64,000 nucleotides of DNA from Gammaproteobacteria bacterium (GTDB taxonomy: Bacteria > Pseudomonadota > Gammaproteobacteria > SZUA-229). Numbering within the stretch: position 1 is the stretch's first letter; each line of letters starts with the position of its first letter. Shown here piece after piece: positions 9,051 through 16,410 of this stretch. The stretch covers positions 39,009 to 103,008 of the forward strand of contig WFOC01000079.1 in assembly GCA_015488295.1 (NCBI GenBank), read 5' to 3'. The notes below the pieces were generated by a model. It was not told where the DNA came from and did not search any database. It saw only the letters and a program-made list of their open reading frames with translations. The position numbers and the translations under genes were made by a program.

Positions 9051-9962
9051 ATGAGCCAAGACGACACTTTCAAATTTGAACTGCCCCACTCAAGCCCAGT
9101 GGAACCTACCCGACTTGAACTGGACGACAAATTAAAATTTCGTTGCCACCGCGGCGTGTCCTGCTGGAACCGCTGTTGTTCACGTGCAGACGTAACGCTC
9201 GCGCCTTACGACATCCTGCGCATGAAGGATGCCCTCGGTATGGACACCACAGAATTCCTTAAACAACACACCGTTCCTTTCGAACTCGACATGCATAGCG
9301 TTCCCGGCTTAAAGCTGCGCACCGATGATGAAGGAGCCTGCCTGTTCATGGGCAAAGAAGGCTGCTCGGTTTATGACAACCGCCCCACTGCCTGCCGTTA
9401 TTACCCGTCCGGCCTGCTGTCAATGAAATCCATCAGCGAAGCCACTGACGAACGTCACTTCCTGCTGATCAAGGAAGACCACTGTAAAGGCCATGACGAA
9501 GACCAGATTCAAACCATCGGCGAATACCGCAAGGCACAGGGCGTGGAAGAATACGACGACCTCAACCACGAGTGGTACCAGATCATCCTGAAGAAAAAAT
9601 CCACCGGCCCCAGCATCGGCAAACCATCCGACATGAGCCTGCAGATGTTCTTCATGGCCAGCTACGACATGGACCGCTTCCGCCGCTTCGTAATGAGCGA
9701 TTCCTTCATCAAGATGTACGACCTGAGCGACGACGAATACGCCGAACTGGAAAAAGATGATATCGCACTGATGAAATTCGGTTTCAGATTAATGAAGCAG
9801 GTTTTCTTCGGTGAGCTAACCATCAAGGAACGTGAAGGTGCCTGGGAAGAGCGCATCAAGGAACGCAAGGAAATTCTTGAGTTCCGCAAGCAGGCGGAAA
9901 TTGCTGCACATCAGAAAAGAGAAGAAGAAGCACGCAACGCATCGATAGACGATAAAGAGTAA
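9051..9962 (+). CDS. YkgJ/UPF0153-family putative Fe-S (Cys-cluster) protein with K/E-rich C-terminal tail
   Basis: CHRGVSCWNRCC cluster plus ACLFMGKEGCSVYDNRPTACRYYP matches the CxxCxxCC zinc/iron-chelating domain family. The C-terminal 50 aa are highly charged. Confidence 0.7.
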   Translation: MSQDDTFKFELPHSSPVEPTRLELDDKLKFRCHRGVSCWNRCCSRADVTLAPYDILRMKDALGMDTTEFLKQHTVPFELDMHSVPGLKLRTDDEGACLFMGKEGCSVYDNRPTACRYYPSGLLSMKSISEATDERHFLLIKEDHCKGHDEDQIQTIGEYRKAQGVEEYDDLNHEWYQIILKKKSTGPSIGKPSDMSLQMFFMASYDMDRFRRFVMSDSFIKMYDLSDDEYAELEKDDIALMKFGFRLMKQVFFGELTIKEREGAWEERIKERKEILEFRKQAEIAAHQKREEEARNASIDDKE

Positions 9963-9967
9963 AAGAT

Positions 9968-10048
9968 AGTTGGCAGTCGTTAGTTTGCAGTTAGCAGCAA
10001 AAGCTGGAAACAAAAAAACTTTTAACTACTAACTGACGACTGCCAACT
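9968..10048. repeat. GTTGGCAG palindromic repeat element, copy A
   Basis: AGTTGGCAGTCGTTAGTT ... AACTAACTGACGACTGCCAACT inverted repeat followed by TTTT. Probable terminator between the ykgJ-like gene and the phosphoesterase gene. Confidence 0.6.
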
Positions 10049-10063
10049 TTTCAATAAAAAACT

Positions 10064-10591
10064 ATGACGAACAAAAACGTAACCGTCGGCATCCTGTCCG
10101 ACTCGCATGGCTACCTTGACCCGAGAGTCGCAGAAGTTGTCAACCAGTGTGACTATATCGTACACGCCGGCGACATTTTCAATGCACAGGTTTTAGCGCA
10201 GCTGAAGCCTGCGAAAAAGCTGGTCGCGGTTAGCGGCAATAACGATTACCCGGCCTTCTGGAAAGCGGAAGAAGCAGCTATCGTTAAAGCCTTACCCCCT
10301 ACCGCAAAACTACAACTGCCCGGCGGCACCATCTACGTCGAACACGGCCACCGTCTGGGCAACCACCCCGACCACAACGAACTGCGCCGCGACCACGCCG
10401 AAGCCAAACTGATCGTTTACGGTCATACCCATCACCGCATCATCGACCAGCAGGCCGAACCCTGGGTGGTAAATCCTGGCGCTTCAGGCAAGGTAAGAAC
10501 ACACGGCGGGCCTTCGTGTCTGGTGTTGCATGCCAGCGAAGAGGAATGGAAAATTGAGACGGTTCTGTTTGCAGATTCTGCTGCAGCTTAA
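10064..10591 (+). CDS. Metallophosphoesterase (YfcE/MJ0936-like calcineurin-type phosphoesterase)
   Basis: DSHG, GD, GNND, HGH and GHTHH metal-binding motifs in canonical order. Confidence 0.8.
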   Translation: MTNKNVTVGILSDSHGYLDPRVAEVVNQCDYIVHAGDIFNAQVLAQLKPAKKLVAVSGNNDYPAFWKAEEAAIVKALPPTAKLQLPGGTIYVEHGHRLGNHPDHNELRRDHAEAKLIVYGHTHHRIIDQQAEPWVVNPGASGKVRTHGGPSCLVLHASEEEWKIETVLFADSAAA

Positions 10592-10594
10592 CAA

Positions 10595-10682
10595 AAGTTG
10601 GCAGTTGGCAGTTGGCAAAAGTCTAAAAAAACAACCTTGGAACCGTCAAGTTTTTATACTGCAAACTGACGGCTGCCAACTT
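10595..10682. repeat. GTTGGCAG palindromic repeat element, copy B, with (GTTGGCA)x3 tandem
   Basis: AAGTTGGCAGTTGGCAGTTGGC ... GCAAACTGACGGCTGCCAACTT. The unit AGTTGGCAGYCGTYAGTTTGCAG is shared with copy A. Sits between convergent genes. Confidence 0.6.
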
Positions 10683-10686
10683 CAAA

Positions 10687-11421
10687 CTACGCTTTTATAT
10701 AAACCCAGCCCTTCTTCAAACGCTCGGGAATCAACTCTCTGGCAGCTCTATCTGTTGTCACACCATCCATTAGCACAATTTCAACCCCTTCTTTTTTATG
10801 CGCTTTATCGATAGAGCGCTGACAGGCAAAAACTGCAACATCCTCGTCATCAACCAGCTTTTTTATGCGCGCAAGATAAGGCGACACACCAGGGCGCAAG
10901 ACATTAATGCCAGCCTTGTTGGTCACAATATCCAGCTTTATAGGCTTGTCCGCTTTACGGTAACTCGCCAGTAAATTATCAGCCTCATCTAATGCCGCTT
11001 TAACAATCTGCTGATTATTGGAGTCGATGTGTAATATGATCCTGCGCTCTTTATGGTCGACAGTGACATGGTTGGCAACAAACTGAAAAGTATTCTCAGC
11101 CGAAACTGCATTCACCGAATTAGGACTGTATTCATAAGTTGACCAGCCCAGCAACACACCCACAACCAGCGTCACAGAAGCGGCCACAGCCCTGTTTACA
11201 AATGAACCTGAACGTCGTCTGTCGGGACTCCTGTGGCGCGATGGCGGCACTTCACTGTAGGCATAGCCAATCAGCTCGCGTACCGCTTTTAACTGGCACA
11301 CCTGTTCACGCAAATCTTTGTTATCCAGCAAAGCTTCGTGTATCTCATTCATTTCATCGGTATCGAGCTGTTCATCGATGAATAGATTTAATTTATCTTC
11401 TGTAATGTCCTTGATGTTCAT
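10687..11421 (-). CDS. Anti-sigma factor with a single TM helix and a periplasmic DsrE/YchN-like domain
   Basis: Translationally coupled to the ECF sigma gene, sharing base 11421. TM segment AVAASVTLVVGVLLGW. The C-terminal 140 aa are paralogous to the two secreted DsrE-like proteins and carry the conserved Cys in FACQRS. Confidence 0.7.
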   Translation of the reverse strand: MNIKDITEDKLNLFIDEQLDTDEMNEIHEALLDNKDLREQVCQLKAVRELIGYAYSEVPPSRHRSPDRRRSGSFVNRAVAASVTLVVGVLLGWSTYEYSPNSVNAVSAENTFQFVANHVTVDHKERRIILHIDSNNQQIVKAALDEADNLLASYRKADKPIKLDIVTNKAGINVLRPGVSPYLARIKKLVDDEDVAVFACQRSIDKAHKKEGVEIVLMDGVTTDRAARELIPERLKKGWVYIKA

Positions 11422-11969
11422 TATTTAACCCTCCGCAATTTGAACTCGGATAAATCATCCGAACCAAATTCAAGTAACTGCTGTTTCAAGTTTTTGCGAG
11501 CTCTGAACAAACGACTCATGACAGTACCGATTGGCACTTCTGTAATCTCTGCAATCTGCGCATAACTAAAACCGGCAAAATCAGCCAGTGTAACGACTTC
11601 ACGTAATGGTAGCGGCAACTGCTCAACAGAAGCCCTGACGCGTTTGACAATTTGTGATTGTTGATAGTTCTCAGAATGGCCGGCCTGATCTTCGTCATGC
11701 ATCTCAACAAACTCGACATTGCGTCCTTTCACTCGCAGATAGTCCTGCCAGCAATTGTACAAAATCCGGTATAACCAGCTATCCATGGTCTCCACATCGC
11801 GCAGCCTGGATGCATTTTTTATCGCTTTGTAGATCGTCTCCTGCACCAGGTCATCAGCCAGCGCCGGATCGTGACACCATGTGTACGCAATGCGATACAA
11901 CTTGTTTCGCCGGGCGGCAAACTCCGATTTTAATGAGAACGCGGCCACCAGATCTTTAACTATTTTCAT
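11421..11969 (-). CDS. ECF-type RNA polymerase sigma factor
   Basis: Region 2 LVQETIYKAIKN...WLYRILYNCWQDYLR and region 4 FSYAQIAEITEVPIGTVMSRLFRARKNL. Start taken at MKIVKDL. Confidence 0.85.
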   Translation of the reverse strand: MKIVKDLVAAFSLKSEFAARRNKLYRIAYTWCHDPALADDLVQETIYKAIKNASRLRDVETMDSWLYRILYNCWQDYLRVKGRNVEFVEMHDEDQAGHSENYQQSQIVKRVRASVEQLPLPLREVVTLADFAGFSYAQIAEITEVPIGTVMSRLFRARKNLKQQLLEFGSDDLSEFKLRRVK

Positions 11970-12080
11970 AAAAACTCCCAATAACATAATAGAGACGCAG
12001 CAACAGGAAAAATATTCTCAAAAATAATTGTGAATATTTTACGCCCCCGCCCCGTCTCTTAGCTGTCGGAATTTATCAAG

Positions 12081-12614
12081 ATGTATGCAGAAAAACAAAT
12101 GATTCAGAAAATTTACCTGATAGTGCTCACTTTATTCACGGTTCAGAGCAACATCGCTCATGCCAACCTCGATCTCCCGCTTGAAGGAATCGATGGCAGA
12201 CAGCACAAGGTTTCAGAATATCTCAACCAGGGCAAATGGGTGGTTTTGAATATTTTGGGCACCCGCTGCCCACCCTGCCGTGAAGAAATGCCTGAACTGG
12301 TACATTTTCACGACGAACAGAATGGAGCCATGGTGGTAGCCATCGCCATTGACTTTCCCAGCTACGGTTACGCAAAACAGGGCGAAGTCGCAAGCTTTGC
12401 AGACGACTACCTCATTGACTTCCCCGTCCTCCTGAGCGACTCGAGCATCACAGAAAAGCTGGGGCTGGGCACACTGGAAGGCCTGCCGACAACATACATA
12501 TTCAGCCCGGAAGGCAAGGTCGCTGGCATGCAGGTCGGCGGCATCAATCAGAACATACTGAAGAACTTTATAAAAAAATCAAAGCTGCAAGTTCCCGGCA
12601 GCGAAAACCAATAA
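12081..12614 (+). CDS. TlpA/ResA-like periplasmic thiol:disulfide oxidoreductase (thioredoxin fold, CPPC)
   Basis: Signal peptide, then GKWVVLNILGTRCPPCREEMPEL thioredoxin-like CxxC motif. Confidence 0.75.
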   Translation: MYAEKQMIQKIYLIVLTLFTVQSNIAHANLDLPLEGIDGRQHKVSEYLNQGKWVVLNILGTRCPPCREEMPELVHFHDEQNGAMVVAIAIDFPSYGYAKQGEVASFADDYLIDFPVLLSDSSITEKLGLGTLEGLPTTYIFSPEGKVAGMQVGGINQNILKNFIKKSKLQVPGSENQ

Positions 12615-12659
12615 TAACCGGGATCAAACCTGAAAACTTAAACCAAAAAGAGGAAAAAA

Positions 12660-13148
12660 ATGAAAACACTACAAACAAAACTACTGGCCGCTTTTTTGAT
12701 GAGCATGTGCCTGTTGATGATGAACGCTGCCAATGCAGGCGACCGTTACGGAAAACAAAAAGTGGTCTATCACATCAATTATGACAACCCCAAAAAACAG
12801 TCCGGTGCACTGCGCAACATCCAGAATCACATCAACGCTGTCGGTGCCGAAAATCTTGACCTGAGAGTTGTATTACACGGCCACGGTCTGTCCTTACTGC
12901 TGGACCCGGATTCATTAGCCAAGCTGAAAAAATTCAAGCATGCCAATGCAAATGAAACCATGACAGCCAAAATCGACAATCTGAAAAACCAGGGTATCAA
13001 ATTCAACGTCTGCGCTAACACCGTTCGCGGCAGAAAAGTTGACATCGACTCTGACCTGCACAATGTTGACAAGAGCGACATCGTTCCTAGCGGCGTTGCC
13101 GAACTGGCTCATCTGCAATCATTAGGGTACGCCTACGTTAAACCATAA
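12660..13148 (+). CDS. Secreted DsrE/DsrF-like (YchN-fold) family protein, paralog 1
   Basis: Signal peptide MKTLQTKLLAAFLMSMCLLMMNAANA. KVVYHINYDNP...ALRNIQNHI...LRVVLHGHGL...FNVCANT matches the DsrE-family topology with the conserved Cys. Confidence 0.65.
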   Translation: MKTLQTKLLAAFLMSMCLLMMNAANAGDRYGKQKVVYHINYDNPKKQSGALRNIQNHINAVGAENLDLRVVLHGHGLSLLLDPDSLAKLKKFKHANANETMTAKIDNLKNQGIKFNVCANTVRGRKVDIDSDLHNVDKSDIVPSGVAELAHLQSLGYAYVKP

Positions 13149-13343
13149 GACTGCATATTCATGTCATTACGTGACTCTCACAGCTTGCTAAAAGCAGATA
13201 TTTTATCTGCCTCCTGCCGAGCGCCACGTGATGACAGTTTTTAAAAACATGTGAATAAATTATTACTCACGCCGTCTTGTAGTAATGGAATAGCAAAACC
13301 AAAACCATTATTTTAAAAATAAAAACCTAAATAGGAGATATTC

Positions 13344-13784
13344 ATGAAAAAATTAACTTCCATCTTTTTACTATTGATAGCAATGACGGGAAGCTATCAG
13401 ATACAGGCTGGTGAAGATGACAAGCCTTTTGCAGAAGAAAGAATCGTACTTCAAATCAGTGATCCCAACCCTTTCAAACAAACACTGGTACTCAATGTCG
13501 CAACCAACCTGATCAAATACTACGGCCAGGACAAAGTTGATATTGAAATCGTCGCCTTCGGCCCCGGCCTGCGTCTGATGTTCAAGGACAACGTAAACCA
13601 CAAGCGTATTAAAGGCCTGTCAAACAGCGGTGTAAAATTTGCAGCATGTAAAAACACCATTGCAGGCATGACCAAAAAACTAGGTCACGCACCTGAATTA
13701 CATGCCAGCGCAGTACCAGTCTCTGCCGGCGTAGTACGCATTATCGAATTAGAAAATCAGGGTTTCAAACTGATCAAACCATAA
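13344..13784 (+). CDS. Secreted DsrE/DsrF-like (YchN-fold) family protein, paralog 2
   Basis: Signal peptide. RIVLQISDPNP...LVLNVATNL...IEIVAFGPGL...FAACKNT. C-terminal GFKLIKP resembles paralog 1 GYAYVKP. Confidence 0.65.
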   Translation: MKKLTSIFLLLIAMTGSYQIQAGEDDKPFAEERIVLQISDPNPFKQTLVLNVATNLIKYYGQDKVDIEIVAFGPGLRLMFKDNVNHKRIKGLSNSGVKFAACKNTIAGMTKKLGHAPELHASAVPVSAGVVRIIELENQGFKLIKP

Positions 13785-13838
13785 TAAAAATCATACCTAA
13801 CAAAATATAAAAGCTTTTTCCTTTCGGGAGGATGAACA

Positions 13839-15200
13839 ATGAATTTAAAAAGAAACATGTTATTAAAAACAGCTGGAGTTGTGCTGTTATCAGGCGCTTC
13901 AACTGTACATTCCGCAAACTGGCTGGCACTACAGGGCACAGAACCTGACGGTCAGTCGGCACGTGCCAGAGTATGGGGTTTTGTACAACCTGAATATCAG
14001 TCAATGAGCGGCAGCAAAGTTGAAGCCGGCGCATGGAAAGGCAGCGAAGCTGTTTTTAACCAGATCGGTCCAGACCTGAAAACCAGCAGCTCATTCAATA
14101 TACGACGCGCCCGTATCGGTGTACGTGGCACCGGTTTTCCACTAGACAACAAAGTCAACTATTTCTTCCTGGCTGAATTTGGTAACAACGGCATCACTCG
14201 CCCGGGCAACGGAACAGGTAGTGCAAAAGTTACTGATGCCAGCGTAACACTGAGCCACATTCCCGGTGCCCGCATTCGTGTTGGTCAATTCAAAACACCC
14301 GGCGCGGAAGAAGGCCTGCAAGCTATTCACGTTTTTGACTACATCAACTTTACCGGCGTAACCAACGGCCTGTTACTGGAACGTTTCTTTGATAGTGATG
14401 GGTCAGACACCTTCTTCACACCAAGCAGCAACTCCGGTGCCGGCGGCAACAAGAATGGCGCAAATGGCCCTGTCGGTGCCTTCCGTGACATTGGTGTCCA
14501 GGTATTTGATACCTTCAAAGTCAATGACTGGGAACTCAGTTACGCTGCCATGCTTGGTAACGGAAACGGCATAACCCGTGGTGACAATGATGACAACAAG
14601 GAAACTTATCTGTACGCATCTGCAGAACTGGTCTTTGGTGGTAAAGGTGGTCGTCGCCAGGGCTGGAAAATGTTCGTATGGAACCAGGATGGCAAACGCA
14701 CAATTAAAGCAACACCCGCTCAGGTCGAAGGCGAATTTGATCGCACACGTAGCGGTCTGGGCACAACCTTCCGCAAAGGAAAATACCGAGCAGCCGCTGA
14801 ATACATTACAGCTGACGGCATGATCTTTAACGGCACAGATGGTGGTGCAGTACCTGGCTCAACTTCTGCTGGCCCGGGTGTGACAGCTTCTTTCAACATG
14901 GAAACAGTCGGCGAAGCAAATGGTTATTACGCCCACTTTGGTTACATGATTATGCCTAACCTCGAACTGGATATTCGCTATGACGTTTATAACCGTATGA
15001 CTGATGTTGCAGCAAAAGAAAGAAAGTTCACAACAACAACACTTGGTGCACAGTACTTCTTTAACAAGAAGAGCCGTTTCACTTTAAACTACGAACTACG
15101 CGATGCCGAAGCACCTAACCTTGCTTCAACACACAATGCCAACAAGATATTGGGTGAAATCGACAATCGTATTTCAGCACAATTGCTGATCATCTTCTAA
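13839..15200 (+). CDS. Outer-membrane beta-barrel porin (phosphate-selective porin O/P-like)
   Basis: Signal peptide, alternating amphipathic beta-strand pattern, and a C-terminal aromatic residue (...SAQLLIIF). Confidence 0.6.
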   Translation: MNLKRNMLLKTAGVVLLSGASTVHSANWLALQGTEPDGQSARARVWGFVQPEYQSMSGSKVEAGAWKGSEAVFNQIGPDLKTSSSFNIRRARIGVRGTGFPLDNKVNYFFLAEFGNNGITRPGNGTGSAKVTDASVTLSHIPGARIRVGQFKTPGAEEGLQAIHVFDYINFTGVTNGLLLERFFDSDGSDTFFTPSSNSGAGGNKNGANGPVGAFRDIGVQVFDTFKVNDWELSYAAMLGNGNGITRGDNDDNKETYLYASAELVFGGKGGRRQGWKMFVWNQDGKRTIKATPAQVEGEFDRTRSGLGTTFRKGKYRAAAEYITADGMIFNGTDGGAVPGSTSAGPGVTASFNMETVGEANGYYAHFGYMIMPNLELDIRYDVYNRMTDVAAKERKFTTTTLGAQYFFNKKSRFTLNYELRDAEAPNLASTHNANKILGEIDNRISAQLLIIF

Positions 15201-15280
15201 GGAATATTTTTCCTGGATAGATTTAAAAAATAAAGGTAAATCCTGCGTTAATCATCATGCTATGTGATACACGCTTTGAG

Positions 15281-15312
15281 GGGGTCGAAAGATCCCCTCT
15301 TTTTTTGTTTAC
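15281..15312 (+). terminator. Rho-independent terminator after porin gene
   Basis: GAGGGGGTCGAAAGATCCCCTC hairpin followed by T7. Confidence 0.7.
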
Positions 15313-15363
15313 GCATTTCGCATCACGATATATATTCATAAATTCAAACAAGGACTAATCAAC

Positions 15364-15831
15364 ATGAACAGCAAAACACTAAAAATAATTTTCAGCCTCA
15401 TAACACTCAGCTCTGGCTGCACTACTGTTATCGCAAGCGAAACAGATGGCATAATAAAAACGAAAAGCGCACACAGCGTTACAGAAACAATAAACAGACT
15501 GGAAGCCGTATTAAACAAAAAAGGCATGACCATATTCAAACGCGTCAACCACACTGCTGGCGCAAACAAGGCCGGCCTGCAACTGCGCCCCACCGAATTG
15601 CTGATATTCGGCAACCCGAAAGTCGGCACACCATTGATGCAATGCTCACAAACCGCAGCACTGGACCTTCCACAAAAAGCACTGGCATACAAGGATAAAA
15701 AGGGACAGGTATGGCTGATCTACAATGACCCGGCCTACATGGCAGAAAGACACCATCTTCACGGCTGCGAGAAAGCAGTTCAGAAAGTCACCAATGCACT
15801 GGCTAGATTTGCCAGTGCAGCTACAAAATAA
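15364..15831 (+). CDS. DUF302 domain lipoprotein
   Basis: Lipobox LSSGC. ETINRLEAVLNKKGMTIFKRVNH...LRPTELLIFGNPKVGTPLM...DLPQKALAYKDKKGQVWLIYNDPAYM matches the DUF302 pattern. Confidence 0.7.
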   Translation: MNSKTLKIIFSLITLSSGCTTVIASETDGIIKTKSAHSVTETINRLEAVLNKKGMTIFKRVNHTAGANKAGLQLRPTELLIFGNPKVGTPLMQCSQTAALDLPQKALAYKDKKGQVWLIYNDPAYMAERHHLHGCEKAVQKVTNALARFASAATK

Positions 15832-16017
15832 AAAAGTTTCAAGTTATATGCTTTAAGTTATAAAAAACTCAAACCTAAAACATGTAACTTAATACCCTCA
15901 TCCCGAATTTCCAGACAGACAGGCAAAACCGGCATTGACTCAAAACCCCTCCACCATGCTAGTATATGAAATCTTTTCCAGAAACTAATAAACTCTAACT
16001 GCAAAGGGGATTTATTC

Positions 16018-16404
16018 ATGAAATCATTCAAGCGCACACTGGCTCTGATCCTGTCAATTTCATTATTCAGCATTTCTTTTGGCCATGCTCATGCCGCCAT
16101 AGTCACAAACGACCAAATCATACATCAAGCCCAACAGGAAATAGATAAAACAACTCTGCTAACAATGATCAATCACTTAGATGTTCAGGAACAATTACTC
16201 AGCATGGGTGTCTCCAGCACCGACATAAAAGAGCGCATCAAGCAGATGACACAGGAAGAAATTGCACAACTCAACTCGCAACTTGATAATTTACCCGCCG
16301 GTGGCGATATACTTGGTATCGCCGTTCTCATATTTATTGTTTTTGTCGTTACAGATGTCATTGGCGCAACAGATCTATTCCCGTTCATTCACCCCATCAA
16401 ATAA
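16018..16404 (+). CDS. PA2779-family small protein (signal peptide, GG motif, C-terminal hydrophobic segment)
   Basis: 128-aa protein. It resembles the PA2779 family and sits upstream of a PA2778-type peptidase. Confidence 0.55.
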   Translation: MKSFKRTLALILSISLFSISFGHAHAAIVTNDQIIHQAQQEIDKTTLLTMINHLDVQEQLLSMGVSSTDIKERIKQMTQEEIAQLNSQLDNLPAGGDILGIAVLIFIVFVVTDVIGATDLFPFIHPIK

Positions 16405-16410
16405 TAATGA

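Noticed and set aside
10595-10616. Tandem GTTGGCA heptamer x3 that could look like a mini CRISPR or satellite
   Set aside because: Only three 7-bp units with no spacers. It is part of the palindromic terminator-like element described above, not a CRISPR array.
13148-13344. Imperfect dyad TCATTACGTGA / CCACGTGATGA between the two DsrE-like genes
   Set aside because: Arms differ at several positions and spacing is irregular. Could be a regulator site, but evidence is too thin to call.
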